A DNA stretch of 52,200 nucleotides, counting the filler, from Bipalium vagum (Eukaryota): NCBI GenBank assembly GCA_037834085.1. It is 3 parts of 3 records of this genome, joined end to end, with 100 filler letters (N's around TTAATTAATTAA, not from the genome) between each part and the next. Parts side by side here need not be neighbours in the genome. Positions count along the whole stretch, not along the records: positions 35,732 to 52,200 come from JBBMKC010110149.1; 2 more parts are not named here. One strand, given 5' to 3'. The translations under genes and the position numbers were made by a program. Every line of letters begins with the position of its first letter. Within the stretch, counting starts at the first letter, position 1. Below, piece after piece: positions 52,099 to 52,200 of this stretch. The notes beneath the pieces were generated by a model. It was not told where the DNA came from and searched no databases. It saw nothing but the letters and a program-made list of their open reading frames with translations.

Positions 52099-52200
52099 AA
52101 TAATGATTAAAATTTAAAATATTTTAAGAATTTAAAAACCACTCATTGATAAATTTTACTTTCATTTAAATAATTAGTTTATAGTTTTCATTTTAATGTT

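Noticed and set aside
1-52200. tRNA/rRNA/snRNA genes
   Set aside because: None recognised by eye; a covariance-model scan would be needed to exclude them

Overview
This is very AT-rich eukaryotic (metazoan-type) genomic DNA with many 41-56 nt introns, (AAT)n microsatellites and four assembly gaps. A flatworm/planarian-like source is a guess from these traits, not something the sequence establishes. Three host genes are well supported: a 10-exon short-form CNNM/DUF21-CBS metal transporter (minus, 16738-20751), a divergently oriented 7-exon S-formylglutathione hydrolase ESD with one probable GC-AG intron (plus, 23085-24321), and an intronless clan-2 cytochrome P450 (minus, 28538-30070). There are also two partial orphan genes: the 3' end of a Cys-containing protein with a hydrophobic tail at 3531-4066, and a large Ser/Asn-rich exon at about 42506-43800. 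The rest is a graveyard of Tc1/mariner, pogo-like, hAT and Gypsy-like relics. Most notable are (1) a decayed Polinton/Maverick (adintovirus-like) PLA2X + integrase relic between CNNM and ESD, missed by the ORF track, with a second fragment near 27.1 kb; (2) a ~140 bp inverted repeat pair bracketing the CNNM gene plus that relic, one copy ending ~40 nt before the ESD start; and (3) a mariner nested inside a Tc1-like element. I found no intact, clearly novel multi-gene system.
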